Shown here: positions 37,158 through 50,948 of the stretch, piece after piece
Layout of the letters: each line of letters begins with the position of its first letter
Numbering within the stretch: position 1 is the stretch's first letter
From: Octopus bimaculoides
Taxonomy: Eukaryota
Reading direction: 5' to 3'
NCBI RefSeq assembly: GCF_001194135.2
Contig: NC_068991.1
Coordinates: 66,093,621 to 66,157,620, forward strand
Length of the DNA: 64,000 nucleotides
Notes under the pieces: generated by a model
What the model was told of the DNA's origin: nothing
The model's input: only the letters and a program-made list of their open reading frames with translations
The model's database searches: none
Program-made: the position numbers and the translations under genes

Positions 37158-40100
37158 GCTACTGTCTCACACTGTACAATGATAAGGTCAACAGCTCTTC
37201 CACTGACATTATAAACCTATCTATGGGAAAATGAACAACCATACAATCATCATGAGCAGACACAATGCAGGCATAACCGTAAGTACTTTTGTTTTATTCT
37301 GTTATTATTACTTATCTATTTAGATAAATAAAAAACAAATAATATACATTGGGCATAACCCAGTTCTTTTTGGCTACCTAATCAGAATAAATAATTGACC
37401 TAATACGAAATGTTAGCAAATACAAAAGGAAATTTCGTATTTGAATGTATATAAGTTATGCTCTACAAATTTATGACTGCCATCACTGTCTGAAATAAAA
37501 GCAGCTGTGTACCTGCGTGACCACTGTTCTCTGATCAATATATTTTCTACTACTATTATAAGCACCGATATCTGAAAAACCTTGAGTTGCTTTGTACTTG
37601 TGCGTATTGCTATTGTATTTCATTTTAGATATAACTCTTTTTTTTTTTTTTTTTTAATTTTTTTTTTTATGCTGTAGTTTCAGCTCAGAGCTGCGACCAT
37701 GCTGACGCACCGCCGTGTGTTGTTGATTATACAGCTTGTTCTAACATAAGTTATACTAAAAGTGGACTATGTACTTGTGTTGCATAATAAGTAAGAACAA
37801 TCTGAGTTTCAATAATGCATTAAGAGTTCAATCTTAGCTAAAAGAAATCACAATAAGGCACCTGCAAATTAGCGGCATTAAGAATGGTATCCTGTCATGA
37901 AAACCAACACAGCCCTCAGGCTAGTTGGAGCCTATCGACCCATACAACACAGAACTTGGGTTTTAAATGATGATGAAAAATACAAAAATATATCATTTTA
38001 GTGACTATGAAGGCGAGAGTCTGTTTTCTGTTCTAGCACAGGACTTACTTAAAGGAATATAACTATATGATATATTCCTAATTGTTTGAACTGTATTTGA
38101 TGTTTCCTTAGTTTTTAATAGCTGACTTGTCAATTGAACAACTTCAGAGAGAAAGCCTAGAATGTTAGCCAAATCTCCCTCAAATTACAACCTACAGCCT
38201 TAAAAAATAAAATAAAAGGAATACACTATACAATGAAGTCCTAGATATGAAAAATGGGATGGTCACATCTGGAATGCCTTGATTGTCTATCTCAGCAAGC
38301 ACTGACTTAACTTTGAATTCTCAAATCATTTGGCTATTGAAAGAAAAGTTTAAGCTTGTTATCTGTACATTGTTTTTAACTGTTCAATTACTGTTAAATA
38401 TTTACATATGACATAAGTTGTTTCTATATCAGATATGAAAACTGTTCTTATTGATATCACCCTCTTTACTTCAGGTTATATAACTTTGAAGGTTCTTATC
38501 AAATATATTTCATATTGTGAAGGAGACACCAAATCATGGGTTTATTAACCAACATTGATATATTTATATCGAAGCAATGACCAAGACTTTTGGCATTATG
38601 TCATGCTTGAGAAGAAGACTCATCAAGCAGAGCAAAATCGCAGTCGTGGCAGATACTGGTGTCACGCAAGTGGCATGTAAAAGCACCCATTATATTCTCG
38701 GAGTGGTTGGCATTAGGAAGGCATCCAGCCGTAGAAAACCATGCCAAATCAGACTGGAATCTGGTGCAGCCTCCCAGCTTACCAGCCCTGGTCAAACTGT
38801 CCAACCCATGCCAGCATAGACAAGAGACGTTAAATGATGATGATATCCATCAATAATTTAATGTTCGTTCATCGTAAGACCCTCACCAAAAATGACTATG
38901 CAAACAAACCCATGGGTTGGAGGGTTGTTGCCAGAGTGATGTCATCTGTCAGGAGTAGTAGAGAATCACCAACAAATGGTGGATGTTGTGATGCACTGTT
39001 GCAGTGCATGCTTCCATACTACTACTACAATCCACAATGGTATGAGTAGATATTGTCCGTTCTTGATTATTTCTCATCTCATCTACAAGACAGTACCACA
39101 CATACAAGCATGGAAAATGCAATAAAATAGAAACATACTTATGGACCATATGCACCCAGCTAAGTGGTTGGTGAATAAACAGAGACAACATAAATGAGAG
39201 AGGAATCTTTTACCTTGCCAAAGATATAGTAACCTACAGTGTTCATGCCATGATGAAATACACCCAGTAGACATTCTATAAAGTGGTTGGTACTAAGAAA
39301 AGCAACCAACTGTAGAAACTATGCCTAAAATGAACCGGTAAAGTGAGACATGGTCCCCAATCCATTTAAGGGGACTCTTAGTAACAACTTATACCATCGT
39401 GGAAAGAAGAGGTAAAATGATGATGTATGTATGATGAGTGTCATATGAGAAACAAATGTACAAGATACAAAAAATGAGATATATTTCTATAAGCTGATAT
39501 TTCTTCTTTCAGTATCACTAAAAATTTCATAGTTTTGTAGCCCCTCCAGAGCAAGAATCATGCCCTGCCCAGGCCCTTTTCTCTCATACTTTATCCCTCT
39601 CTAATACTCATCTCCTTGCATAAAGTTGTTCCTCTCAGGATTTGTAGTATTGCAAGCTGTATGGCAACTTCAGTAGTGTTGATCACACACACAAAATCAC
39701 TCAGTATACACTGTAAAGTGGTTGGTGTAAGAAAGGGCATCCAATCACAGAAACCATGCCAAAGCAGACACTGGAGCACAATGCAATCCTTCGGCACTGG
39801 ATTCTGTCAAACTGTCCAACACACACCAGTATGGAATATAGACATTAATCCTTTAGCATTAAGATTATTTGGTCAAATGTAATGATTTTTCATTCACACT
39901 GTTTTTAATTAATCATGCATTATTTTGTAGCTTCAAAATTTTGATGATGTGATATTTTTAGAATGGCATTGAAGAGTGTGTGATAAGCAGGATCTGGTTG
40001 GTTAGAACATAAAACAACATATCTGGGCTAGATGTAGCTGGTTTAAATGCTAAAGGATTAAATGATGATGATAGCTGTTGATTAACAGCTATGTGAATAT

Positions 40101-40619
40101 CTAGTAATAACAAAAGAAAAATCTCAGCTGATATTTATTCATCTAACCCATGGTAACAGGAAAAAAATAAGTGAATAAATATATACTTGTTTAAGGTTGT
40201 TTTTTTTTTTTTTATATTAATTTATATATTAATTTTACAATGACATTTAACTAATCAGCTATTAAGTTTCAAAAGTACTCCAGTTTTTGGCTCTTCAGTC
40301 TAACCCAGCCAGAGACTTCCTTCCACCCAAACAGCTAAGTGTAAAATTGTAAATTTGAACCAACATGAAGCTTTCTATGTGATTTAAAAAAGTTTTTTTT
40401 TATTTAAATGGGTAGTAAAAGCAAGAAGAGCAGCACCCACAGCTTACTATGAATTAATACCTAGATCTTTGTAAGTAACATAGCTGGAAGTCAGTAGCTG
40501 TAGGATAGGCAGGCCAGCAAACTAAGTAGCTTTCTTACTGTATCTGGCACACCTGTTTTTCTTCAACAGAAAGTAGGACTATGAAAGGAAGTAACTTGTT
40601 AAGATAGACAACTACTTAC

Positions 40620-40835
40620 ATATTTGTCAAGACAGTTTTTCTCAGACCAAAGACATGGCCAGAATGCTTGCAACAGACTGAAGGCCAGTCAAGACACTCA
40701 AGAGCCAGGAAGTGATGTGAAGCTCACAGACTGGCCAGGAAAGATCATTGTGATGCTGAACAGAAATATAGACAGCATAGAACAGATGAGAACAGAGGAC
40801 GCAATAGATCATCCAACCATCTCAAGTAAGTGACA
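40620..40835 (+). mobile_element. Possible RTE ORF2 C-terminal remnant
   Basis: Fragments DMARM and EDAIDH resemble GHVARM and EDAxDR. Very degenerate. Confidence 0.35.
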
Positions 40836-40879
40836 AAAAAGGCAGTGAACAACGTATAGCAACCAGCCCTGACAGCAAA

Positions 40880-41620
40880 GTGTTCTGGAAATATGTACAT
40901 TTGAAGCAGAGACCTCACTCTCCAGCTGACCCTCTTTACAATCCCCATACATATCAAATCGCTAATGATCCCAAGGAATGTGCTGAGCTTATTGCTGAAA
41001 GCTATGCTGGCATTTTTACTGTGGAAAATTCAAATGCACCTTCTTCATCAACTCTGACATCAAATTCCCTAACATCTGCGAAATTCACACCCGCAATGCT
41101 GCGAGGCCACCTCAAGAATAAGCGCAACTATGCTTCTCCTGGTCTTGATGGCGTTACTTATTTGCTTCTCAAACGTGGTGGGTTCTCTCTTTTGCACCAG
41201 CTTTCATTCTTTCAATTTTGCCTTAACAACTGCGCCACTCCAGAGCACTGGAAAATTGCCAGTGTTGTTCCCCTGTTCAAAAAAGGTGATCACACATCAC
41301 CTGTCAACTACTGTCCAGTCAACGTTACTAGCTGCATTGGCAAAAAAAAAAAAAAAAAAAAAAAAAAATCTNNNNNNNNNNATACTTCTAATGAAACTTA
41401 TTGCATATGCATTAACAAATTTTGAAAATAATCTAGAATTTGGAGGAAAATAACTTTTCTATTGATGTTTTGGAAATTTTTCTAAGTCTTATAATGATTG
41501 AATGGAAAATGCTTAAACATGGATTTGTTAATTCAAATGCTTATAAAGTGTGTTTAATTCTAGGTAGATTATTGTGAAAATTGGCAGTATTGCAGGAAAG
41601 TAATTTGTGATAGAACTTAT
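40880..41620 (+). mobile_element. Non-LTR retrotransposon RT N-terminal fragment (CR1/Jockey-like)
   Basis: ASPGLDGVTY...PEHWKIASVVPLFKKGDHTSPVNYCPVNVTSCIGK (RT domains 0-2, cf. SPGPDG, WKxAxVxPxxKKG, NYRPISLTS). Degenerate continuation after the gap. Confidence 0.85.
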
Positions 41621-42611
41621 GTTGTGCATATATGGTTATTAACTAGATGTTGGTAATAAATTATACACAGTGATAGAAATGGACATACATCACAATCCCT
41701 ACCACCTAATAATTTTGCAGCTTATTATGAAGTTTACAGGTAAACTGTTAATCCAATCAGAAACAACAAACCCAAGTATGCAGGAATTTTATCAACGCAG
41801 GAATAAAGGTGACTTGTTTTGCTCTGCATTTAACCCTTTAGCATTCAGATTATTTTGTCAAATGTAACGATTATTTATTCGTATTGTTTTGAATTATTAA
41901 TGTGCTACCTTGTAGTTTCAAGATTTTGATGACTGATTGTTTATTTTTAGAATGACATTGTTGGACAGGTGTGAGACCAGATCTAGCAAGTTTGAACATA
42001 CTGGTTTAAATGCTAAAAGGTTAAATTAGTTTGTTGTCTGATCGAACAAATCAAAACCCAAGGGCAAAGGTTGAACAAATATACTCAACAGGTTTCACAC
42101 TGAGCACGAAAGGTATTTTTGATCTAACAATACTCGCAAAAGATTCAGTTTCCAACCATTCTTCAATAAATATTTCGTTCAAGTCACTTGATGAAAAATT
42201 GACTAAACTGAAGTTAGACACTGAAGTGTACACAGAAGAAACAGACATATTGCTCTGGTTATCATCCTGAAAGACCTATTCTATGATTAATAGTCATCCT
42301 CCAAAGAAAATTTTCTAGAAAAAAATAATCACAAAACTTCAGCAACACATAGGTCAAGACAACACATTACACAATGTAAATTAATAATAAAGGATGGGTT
42401 TTAATTTTCTCCTTCAGATTAGAGAGTGCCAACCTAACATCCTTTATAACAAATATGAACAAAAGTGGTATGTATCCATGCAGTTTTAGGTGGGATAGGA
42501 CTGGCACACAGATGTGGGTGCCATGTTGATTTGTGTCATACACAATGTTAAGAGTTATGTTTGGAATATAACTTACTAAGAGGTCTTAATTATATAACTA
42601 CAAAGAGCTTT

Positions 42612-42838
42612 AGATAAGCTCAAATATGTTTGGGAAATAACTGACCTGTAAAGAGGCATTTTCACTGCAATTTGTTGCAGAGAAAAATTCTTGCTTTTGG
42701 CAAGTGTTGTTAAAAACACTGTCAGTTCAAAGAGTTTTTAACACATTTTACCAAAAGCAAGAATTTTTTCCATAGCAAACTGCAGTGAAGATATCTGCTC
42801 ACATGTTAAATATGTCCTAAACATATTTGAACTCATCT
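42612..42838. repeat. ~227-bp imperfect foldback (palindromic MITE-like element)
   Basis: Outer arms match 24/28. Inner perfect 18-bp arms at 42683-42700 and 42751-42768. Small central loop. Confidence 0.85.
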
Positions 42839-45448
42839 GAATAGTTTATTTTACAACACTGCTTTGTGCACCACCCATATATAAACTTCAAAGAGCTTTT
42901 ACATAAAAGCCAGAGACGATCTATGGGTAAATGGTATTGAAAGAGTTAAATCTCTAATGTTCTAATAAGTCTCAGAATAAAGATGGCATGGATAAAGTAA
43001 CAACTAAGAATGGACTATAGCAGGAATGCAGGATCTGTCAGTCACAAACAACTAATGGCCTCTTAGAAATAGATTATTTGGAAATCTCTCTTAAATGAAA
43101 CTATATTTTAAATAAAGAAGCATTCATGTCCAAGGTGGTATTGTTGCAATGGTAAGAACCAAATAGAACAGCTAATATTAAGCTGGTTAAGTGTGAAGTC
43201 AATTTGTTGCCTAAATAGGTGAAATTGCACAAATGGAATGAAGGGAATGAGAGATAGGTAGATGAACAACATGGAAAATCACAACATGTAGACAAAAATT
43301 TTTTTATAATGGATAAAATGTACACACAGACACACAAAAAAAAAAAATGCTGTGCACAATGAAATGGATGCCAAAAAGAAGAAATGGAAAAGAAGTAGAC
43401 TGACATTTCAGGTGAACCCTTTATCAGAGTAAGAAGCAAGAAAAAGAACAATACTTATATGAAGCATGTGTATAATACCCTTCTAGATACACAAGTTTCC
43501 AAAACTGAACTGGTAACAATAACTCTATTTTGCTCGAAGAAGTATGTAATTTCCAGCACAGAAACATATTCAAAACGATCTCCAGTAAACCTAGCACAGA
43601 CCAAAATACCACTTTAACTTAACATTAAAGAAGAACTTGAAGAATCAGGAACTAATTGAGCTTAAAATGAGTGTTAGCAATGCATAACCATACTTTGTAA
43701 ACTATCCCAATGTGACCTACAAAACTATCAACCAAAATCCACTGCACGAAGCACAGAAATACCAAAATTGTTACAAAACAAATATATTTCTTCCTCAAGA
43801 CCGCCAAGACAAATACCCAAAACCATCTGTGCTGAACATAATGTAGAAGTCAACTTATTTTAACAACCTAAGATATACAACAACAACAACAACAACAAAA
43901 AACATCATATGACTATTATTCAAAGAAAGCAAATTGAAACTTGTAAATAAAACACGAAAAATATAAACATTTGCCATATAAAGCAGAACAAGGATTATGG
44001 AATCTCATTGCAGATATAATTTCATTTGATTAAAAATCACTTTTGACATATTTTTTTCATACAGAAGCTACACTTTTATTTTCCTCACATGAAGTGGCNN
44101 NNNNNNNNNNNNNNNNNNNNNNNNNNNNNNNNNNNNNNNNNNNNNNNNNNNNNNNNNNNNNNNNNNNNNNNNNNNNNNNNNNNNNNNNNNNNNNNNNNNN
44201 NNNNNNNNNNNNNNNNNNNNNNNNNNNNNNNNNNNNNNNNNNNNNNNNNNNNNNNNNNNNNNNNNNNNNNNNNNNNNNNNNNNNNNNNNNNNNNNNNNNN
44301 NNNNNNNNNNNNNNNNNNNNNNNNNNNNNNNNNNNNNNNNNNNNNNNNNNNNNNNNNNNNNNNNNNNNNNNNNNNNNNNNNNNNNNNNNNNNNNNNNNNN
44401 NNNNNNNNNNNNNNNNNATATATATGCGTGTGTATGTTTGTCCCCCTAGCATTGCTTGACAACCGATGCTGGTGTGTTTATGTCCCCGTCACTTAGCGGT
44501 TCAGCAAAACAGACCGATAGAATAAGTACTAGGCTTACAAAGAATAAATCCCGAGGTCGATTTGCTTGACTAAAGGCGGTGCTCCAGCATGGCCGCAGTC
44601 AAATGAGTGAAACAAGTAAGAGTAAAAGAGAGAAGGCACAGCAAAAGCTAGACAGCAACTGATGCTCTCCCTTTCATATTCCTAGTTTTCTGCCAACTGT
44701 TGTTGTCAGCTTGCATGTTCGTTACTCAAGACACCGTTTGTCACCCAAGACATTTTATGTTTGAAAAACTGCTCATAAACCAAGATTCTACTGCATGTGC
44801 TCAAGTCATTTGTGGGTTGGCCATGTTTCTTTAACTCTTTTGATACCTGCCTGACTGCACCCTTGCTTCGGCAATGATTTAAATTGAAATGTTACATGAT
44901 GACAGTCTCATCAAATGCCGTTATACCAGACAAGAAAGTCACTCATCATTGATATACAAAACTGGTTGAGGTTGAAATTACACAAAATATTGTCACAATT
45001 GGGCTTCTTTATTTATATTTTAATGCTAACATATTTAATGTAGTGAGCAGCAATATAATAAAAAAAACTTGTGGTGAGGAAAAGACAACATTATCTCAAT
45101 GACTAATATTATTTTTATTATTTTGAGAAGTACAGGAGGCAATGCTGGATCAATTATATTCTAAAATATATATTAATTTTTTGCTGCAACTCTTGTACAA
45201 TATTAAACAATAGGCATAGCTGTGCTGTTAAAAACTTCAGGGGATGGGCCCCTTAGATACTAACATGGGCCTCCATATATGGATTCTAATGGTGCAGGGG
45301 TCCACTTGCCATCAGGCAAGCTGGCAACCTGGCCAGTCTGCCACTGGTTGTAACTAAATTTTAGATTGAATTTATCAAAAATTTTATGAAACTTGTGGTT
45401 GCTAAGAAAATATTAAGTAAACATTTTCCCACCAGTAAGTTCCAAAAG

Positions 45449-45501
<53 letters not shown>

Positions 45502-45504
<3 letters not shown>

Positions 45505-45777
45505 CGCAGGAGTGGCTGTGTGGTAAGTAGATTGCTTACCAACCACACGGTTCTGGGTTCAGTCCCACTGCGTGGCACCTTGGGCTAGTGTCTTCTACTA
45601 TAGCCTCCGGCCGACCAAAGCCTTGTGAGTGGATTTGATAGGCGGAAACTGAAAGAAGCCTGTCGTGTGTGTATATATATATATATATATGTATATTTAT
45701 GTGTGTGTGTGTTTGTGTTTATCACCCCACCATCACTTGACAACCAATGTTGGTGTGCTTACATACCCCGTAACTTA
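45502..45777 (+). mobile_element. tRNA-derived SINE family 1 (representative copy)
   Basis: A-box-like tggctgtgtgg, B-box-like ggttcagtccc, core ggcaccttggg..agtgtcttctactatagc, then (TA/GT)n. Other copies (approx.): 551-730+, 1070-1400-, 2425-2760-, 11850-12050+, 12075-12235-, 17805-18150+, 20910-21060-, 21500-21835+, 26508-26930+, 28060-28205-, 32030-32170-, 32990-33380-, 44418-44625+, 52640-52975+, 54400-54560+, 56947-57110+, 60950-61305+, 61628-61770+. Confidence 0.8.
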
Positions 45778-45821
45778 ACTGCAGTTACCATGGAGAATTT
45801 TTTCTCCATGGTAACTGCAGT
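45778..45821. repeat. Perfect 20-bp inverted repeat with TTTT loop
   Basis: actgcagttaccatggagaa-tttt-ttctccatggtaactgcagt. Confidence 0.95.
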
Positions 45822-45878
45822 GAATTTGCCTTTAGAAGCCGAAATGTGTCACAAACATATTTTAACTAACCTAAAGTT

Positions 45879-45925
<47 letters not shown>

Positions 45926-47386
45926 TAGATGATGATACAGGTCTAGAATGTAGTGCTTGATTATAGTGATATTTTGTGAAATTATGCAGTTCATGTTGGC
46001 TTTATACAACCTCCTTAGCAGCAACAACCATGTAGCTATCTACTGTTCTGTCTCATCAATTGCTTTCTTGTAACCATCACTCTAGACCTCTTGTTTTCCT
46101 CTCTCTCTTTTATCATTCTCTCACTCTCATTCTCTTTAATCATGCTCCCTTCTATCACTCCTTTGGCCATATTGCTCCTATCCAGCCTCCTTACCAGCAA
46201 GCATCATTCTAGTTGACAGTCACATTCACATTTTTATTACACTGGTGCTCTTCTGTTGCTCTTTTGCTCTGGCCGTTTTCCTACCATGTTGAGCAGGAGA
46301 AAAAAGGAATGGGAAGTTAGAGACAATACAGATAAAAATCAACCCTCTTTAATCATTACCAATTTCTTTCGTGCTGGTCCCATGACAAAATGCACCCAGT
46401 ACACTGTGAAGTAGTTGGTGACAGGAAGGACATCCAGCAATAGAAACCATGCCAAAAATCAAATGCACAAAAGAGATGTGGTCTCTTAATTTAAGCGAAC
46501 AGTAACTTAGAATAAGAACTGACTTGGACCGATGACTCATCCATGCCAACAACAACAAAAAAAAAACAAATGAAAAATAAATGTGATGTTTGTTAAATAT
46601 ATATTGGTGTAAAAACTGCAGTTCATGTTATGTCATGTGTGCAGTAACAGCAGTTCAACAAATAGAAACTAATAAATTAAACACCTGACTATAAGTACTG
46701 CAATTAATATGATCAGCTAAACACTTAAAGGTTGGACTGCAGCATATCTGAAGTCCAATGACTAAAATCAATAAAAAGTAAAAGAAGTTACTTCATGATT
46801 CTCTCATCACTGTCCTCACTAAGTACAATGAAGTGTATGCTTTATTGAAGAAGCCTAATAAGACAGAACTATGTCAAGAATTTTCTCCCATACACTCTGA
46901 AATTATTGAAATAATACTAGTCATTGAGCAGAATATTGTGTTTATCATATGAATGTTTCTAATTAACTAATTAATTCATTAATTAATATGTGTGTGTAGT
47001 TGCTACATTAAATATGTTTAACACATATTTTTCATGTGGATAGCATCTGAGTAATTAATCACAGTGATTCACTATTTATTTTTAAATTGTAAGTTGAAGT
47101 TGCAATCATATAATGAAGTACGTTTGTTTAATTAGATCCCAAAACAGGAGGAGGATGTTCTAAAACCAATATTAAGCAATATTTAATGAGGCTTTCATGT
47201 ACTAAATGGACATATGACAATATTTGTGATAGTATAAAATATGTTAGATTTAGATTTGTAATCAATGTCCTTGAGAGAAATTAAGGCTATGACTTAATGA
47301 GCTGCAAATTAGGTAATTAAGGCTATGAGCTGCAAATTAGGTGATTAAGCAAATGTATTTAAATACATTTATAATATTAGATATTA

Positions 47387-48453
47387 TATGAAGCGGTATC
47401 AAAAAGTTCCCGGACTAGTGCTGTAGTCCGCCAACAGATGGCAACACATGGTCGCGTGTGCAGTGAGAGTTAGCAGTGACCTCCATGTGGCAGGTCCGAG
47501 TGACATCTCTGTGTAAGCTTCACAAGTTGAAAAATTTGTGCTTTTGTGATCATGCGTAAGCTGTACTCTGTGATTTTGTCATGGACAGGAAGTTGGAACA
47601 GAGAGCCAATGTGAAATTTTGCATTAAACTTGGGAAGTCTGCTACAGAGACATTGAGCATGCTTCAGCAAGCTTACGGCGACGAGGTAATGGGACAAGCA
47701 CAATGTCTTGAGTGACATGGGCGTTTCAAAAGCATAAGAATGTCCCTGGAAAACCTGCCATGAGCATCACCCTTGGAAATGTGAAGAAAATTCATCAGCT
47801 TGTGCATGAGGATTGTTGGAGGACAATCAATGACATTGCTGATGTTGTTGGTCTGTTGTATGGGGGCATGCAGGCAATCCTAATGTCTGAACTGAACATG
47901 TGGCATATCTCTGTCAAGTTTGTTCCCTACTTGCTGACCACTGATGACCCATCCTTCATATTGAGGATCATCACCAGTGATGAGAGTTGGGCCTACAGGT
48001 ATGACCTTGGGATGAAGCAGCAGTCGTCATGATGAAAGAGGCCTTCATCTCCATGACTGAAGATGGCATGACAGATCCGCAGTTCAGTCAAGAACATGTT
48101 CATCGTTTTTTGATATTGTGCATCGAGAATTCATTAAAAGCAACTGGATCTGTGGAGTGCGAAGAATCCCACCTCTTCCCCCAAGATAATGCAGCTCAAA
48201 GGTTGCTGTTTCAACACTGTTGTCGAGATCCTGAGCAAATCACAGAAGGTCCTCAACTTGCTTGCAGAAAACCACATTCAGGCTTGCAGAAAACCACATT
48301 CAGGCCAGATTCCAAAAGTGGCAGAAACACTGAGACCAGTGTATTGCTGTATAAGATGAATATTTCAAAGATGTTAAAACTTAAGTTAAATAAGTTTTTT
48401 TTTTTTTTTAATTAAACATAACTAGTCTGGGAACCTTTTGATACCATTTCATA
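47387..48453 (+). mobile_element. Internally deleted mariner transposon with both TIRs and TA ends
   Basis: TIRs 47387-47419 and 48421-48453 match 29/33, including TA. ATG at 47581 gives MDRKLEQRANVKFCIKLGKSATETLSMLQQAYGDE. IITSDESW and QDNA catalytic motifs are present; stops and deletions make it non-autonomous. Confidence 0.93.
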
Positions 48454-50665
48454 ATTGTTAATGAGAACTGGTTTTAAAATTCTAATTTTAATTGGAATAC
48501 AAGTATCTTTGACTTGATGTGTGATACATGTTTTTTATATGATTTATAACTGTAACCTTCAAATCATCATTTAATATCCACTTTCCCATCCTTACATGGG
48601 TCAGAAAGAATTTGTTGAAGCAGTCAGATGCCCTTCCTGTCATTAATCCTCACCCGTTTCCAAGCAAGGTAATATTTCTCCATGGCCAGACATATTTTCA
48701 CAAATGAACCACATTACTTGTATGACAGTGATACTTATTTACAACCATCATGTAATGTCAAAACAAGGGTACACACACACACACACACACACTTGCCCAA
48801 GGTGCTGCATAGTGTGACTGAATTCAAGACCTCATGATTGGGAAGCAAGCTTTTTAACCACATGACCATGCCTACTCCTAATTCAAACTAAGAAGAAAAG
48901 AAAAGAAGAATGATACTAATTCTGCACAGAAGCCAATACCAACTCGGTGACAACATCAATACTCCATATCACTAAACTTAGTCCAATTGTTTCAATAAAA
49001 TAACTGATTTCACCCAAATAGTTCACCGGTTGTTACTTTATTGACCTTAGTGGAATAAAAGGCAAAGTTAAATTTCAACAGAATGTTAACTTGGAAAGTA
49101 AAAGAATGTAACCAAATATTGCAAAGCAATGTGTTTTTTGAAAGGATGGGTTCTAATTAAGGCACAAGGTCAACAATTTTCAAGGGCAGTTCATTATATT
49201 GACCAGAGTACTTAACTGATATTTTAATTTACTAACCCCAGAGGATTGAAAGGTAAAGTTGACCTCAGTGGGATTTGAACTCAGAACATAAAGAATTAGA
49301 GCAAATACCACAAAGTATTTTGTTCAATGTTCTAAGAATTCTGACAACTAACCACTACAATAGTAGCTTCAGCATATTCTACCACAAAAGCAAACAATAC
49401 ATTTACACATCGATACCAAATATTGCCTTTAAATATTTCTGTAAACTAAGCCATGGTGAACCAGACAAGAAACAAACATAAAACACTACAAACATGTTTT
49501 ATTGAGCATTTTACCTCCAGAGACAAACCAATTATTGAGCATAATTGAGTACTTTACCCCCCAGAGAAACAGAAAAAGAAAAATTAAATGTAAATTTTTT
49601 TTACAACATAAACATACTTAAAATTCAAAGAATCTCAACACTAACAAATATTTTGAACAACTTTTATCGTATATTTATGGAAACAAAATAAGATCATGTA
49701 AATAAATGCCAAACAAATATTCTACTTTAGCCAGCAGTAAACAATGGTCATTATTTAGGCTTTTATTTTTATGTTTTGAAAGAAAAACATTTTTTTTTTA
49801 AATGCTTTTGTTTATGTGTCTGGTCAATCAAAGTTGTCTTGGAGCTAAACAAGAACAACGAAAACCACTTTTTTTATCCAGTAACACTAAAAGTTAGCAG
49901 ATACAACCAACCTTCACACTCACCTGCTGAAGACAAAAATTATATTGGAAACATCAACAACATTCCTAAAATATTCACAACAAAAGCAAAATTATGAATA
50001 AGCATAAGCTTTAGATTTGCTCAAAACAAAAGAATCGATAGCAATGTAAAAACAATACATCAGTTCCATCATGGATTATTATGTCAGTCATATCTGGATC
50101 CTACTTTCCTTGGCTGCCATCAATCTCTCCACAACAAATCATAAATACAAAACAGCACAAAAACAAACAAACAAAGCCAAGCCGCACTGACAAAACTCAT
50201 AAACCATCTACATAATGAAGACAAACATGTCCAGAATACCACAATGCAACCATGCATTATACTACTGTTGTGTAGGAATGTGGTCACACAGAGAAGACAG
50301 TAGTATGGTTTATCTGAAATGCTGGAGTTACGGGATTGTAGCTAGATGTTTAGCCAGCTATGTGTGTATCATAGCAGAACTGACTTGCCTGATTTGACAT
50401 AGCAACAATAACAATAAAGCACTGCAGAAGACAAATTCATATATATCATACATACTAACATGATCAGATGATAGAAATACAATTCTCTTTGAGGACCTGC
50501 ATACAATACATTAATATCATTCTTTGCTCACAAATATATCTATGAGTGATGAGTATCTGTACTTAAAACGACTGTTGTACACCAACCATCACACAAACCC
50601 TATAATTCAGAATCGAATAATAAAAAATATGGACTTTAATCTGAGACAGAGCCGGGGCAATATAG

Positions 50666-50885
50666 TTAACCCTTTAGCATTCAGATTACTCTATCAAATG
50701 TAAAGTTTATTTATTCACATTGTTTTGAATTAATCATGCATTACCATGTAACTTTGAGATTTTGATCATGTGTTTATTTTTAGAATGACACTGTAGGATA
50801 GGTGTGAGAGGCTGGATCAGGTTGGTCTGAACATAAAACAGAATATTTGGACCAGACTTGGCTAGTTTAAATTGTAAAGAGTTAA
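50666..50885 (+). mobile_element. TTAA-flanked ~220-bp MITE (piggyBac-type non-autonomous element), representative copy
   Basis: TTAA+ccctttagcatt at left, degenerate aatgctaaaggg+TTAA at right. Other copies: 20499-20655-, 21875-22098-, 25615-25830+, 29312-29400-, 39845-40061+, 41830-42024+, 60058-60283-. Confidence 0.8.
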
Positions 50886-50909
50886 ATTATCCATAATTAA
50901 CGGACTTCA

Positions 50910-50948
<39 letters not shown>

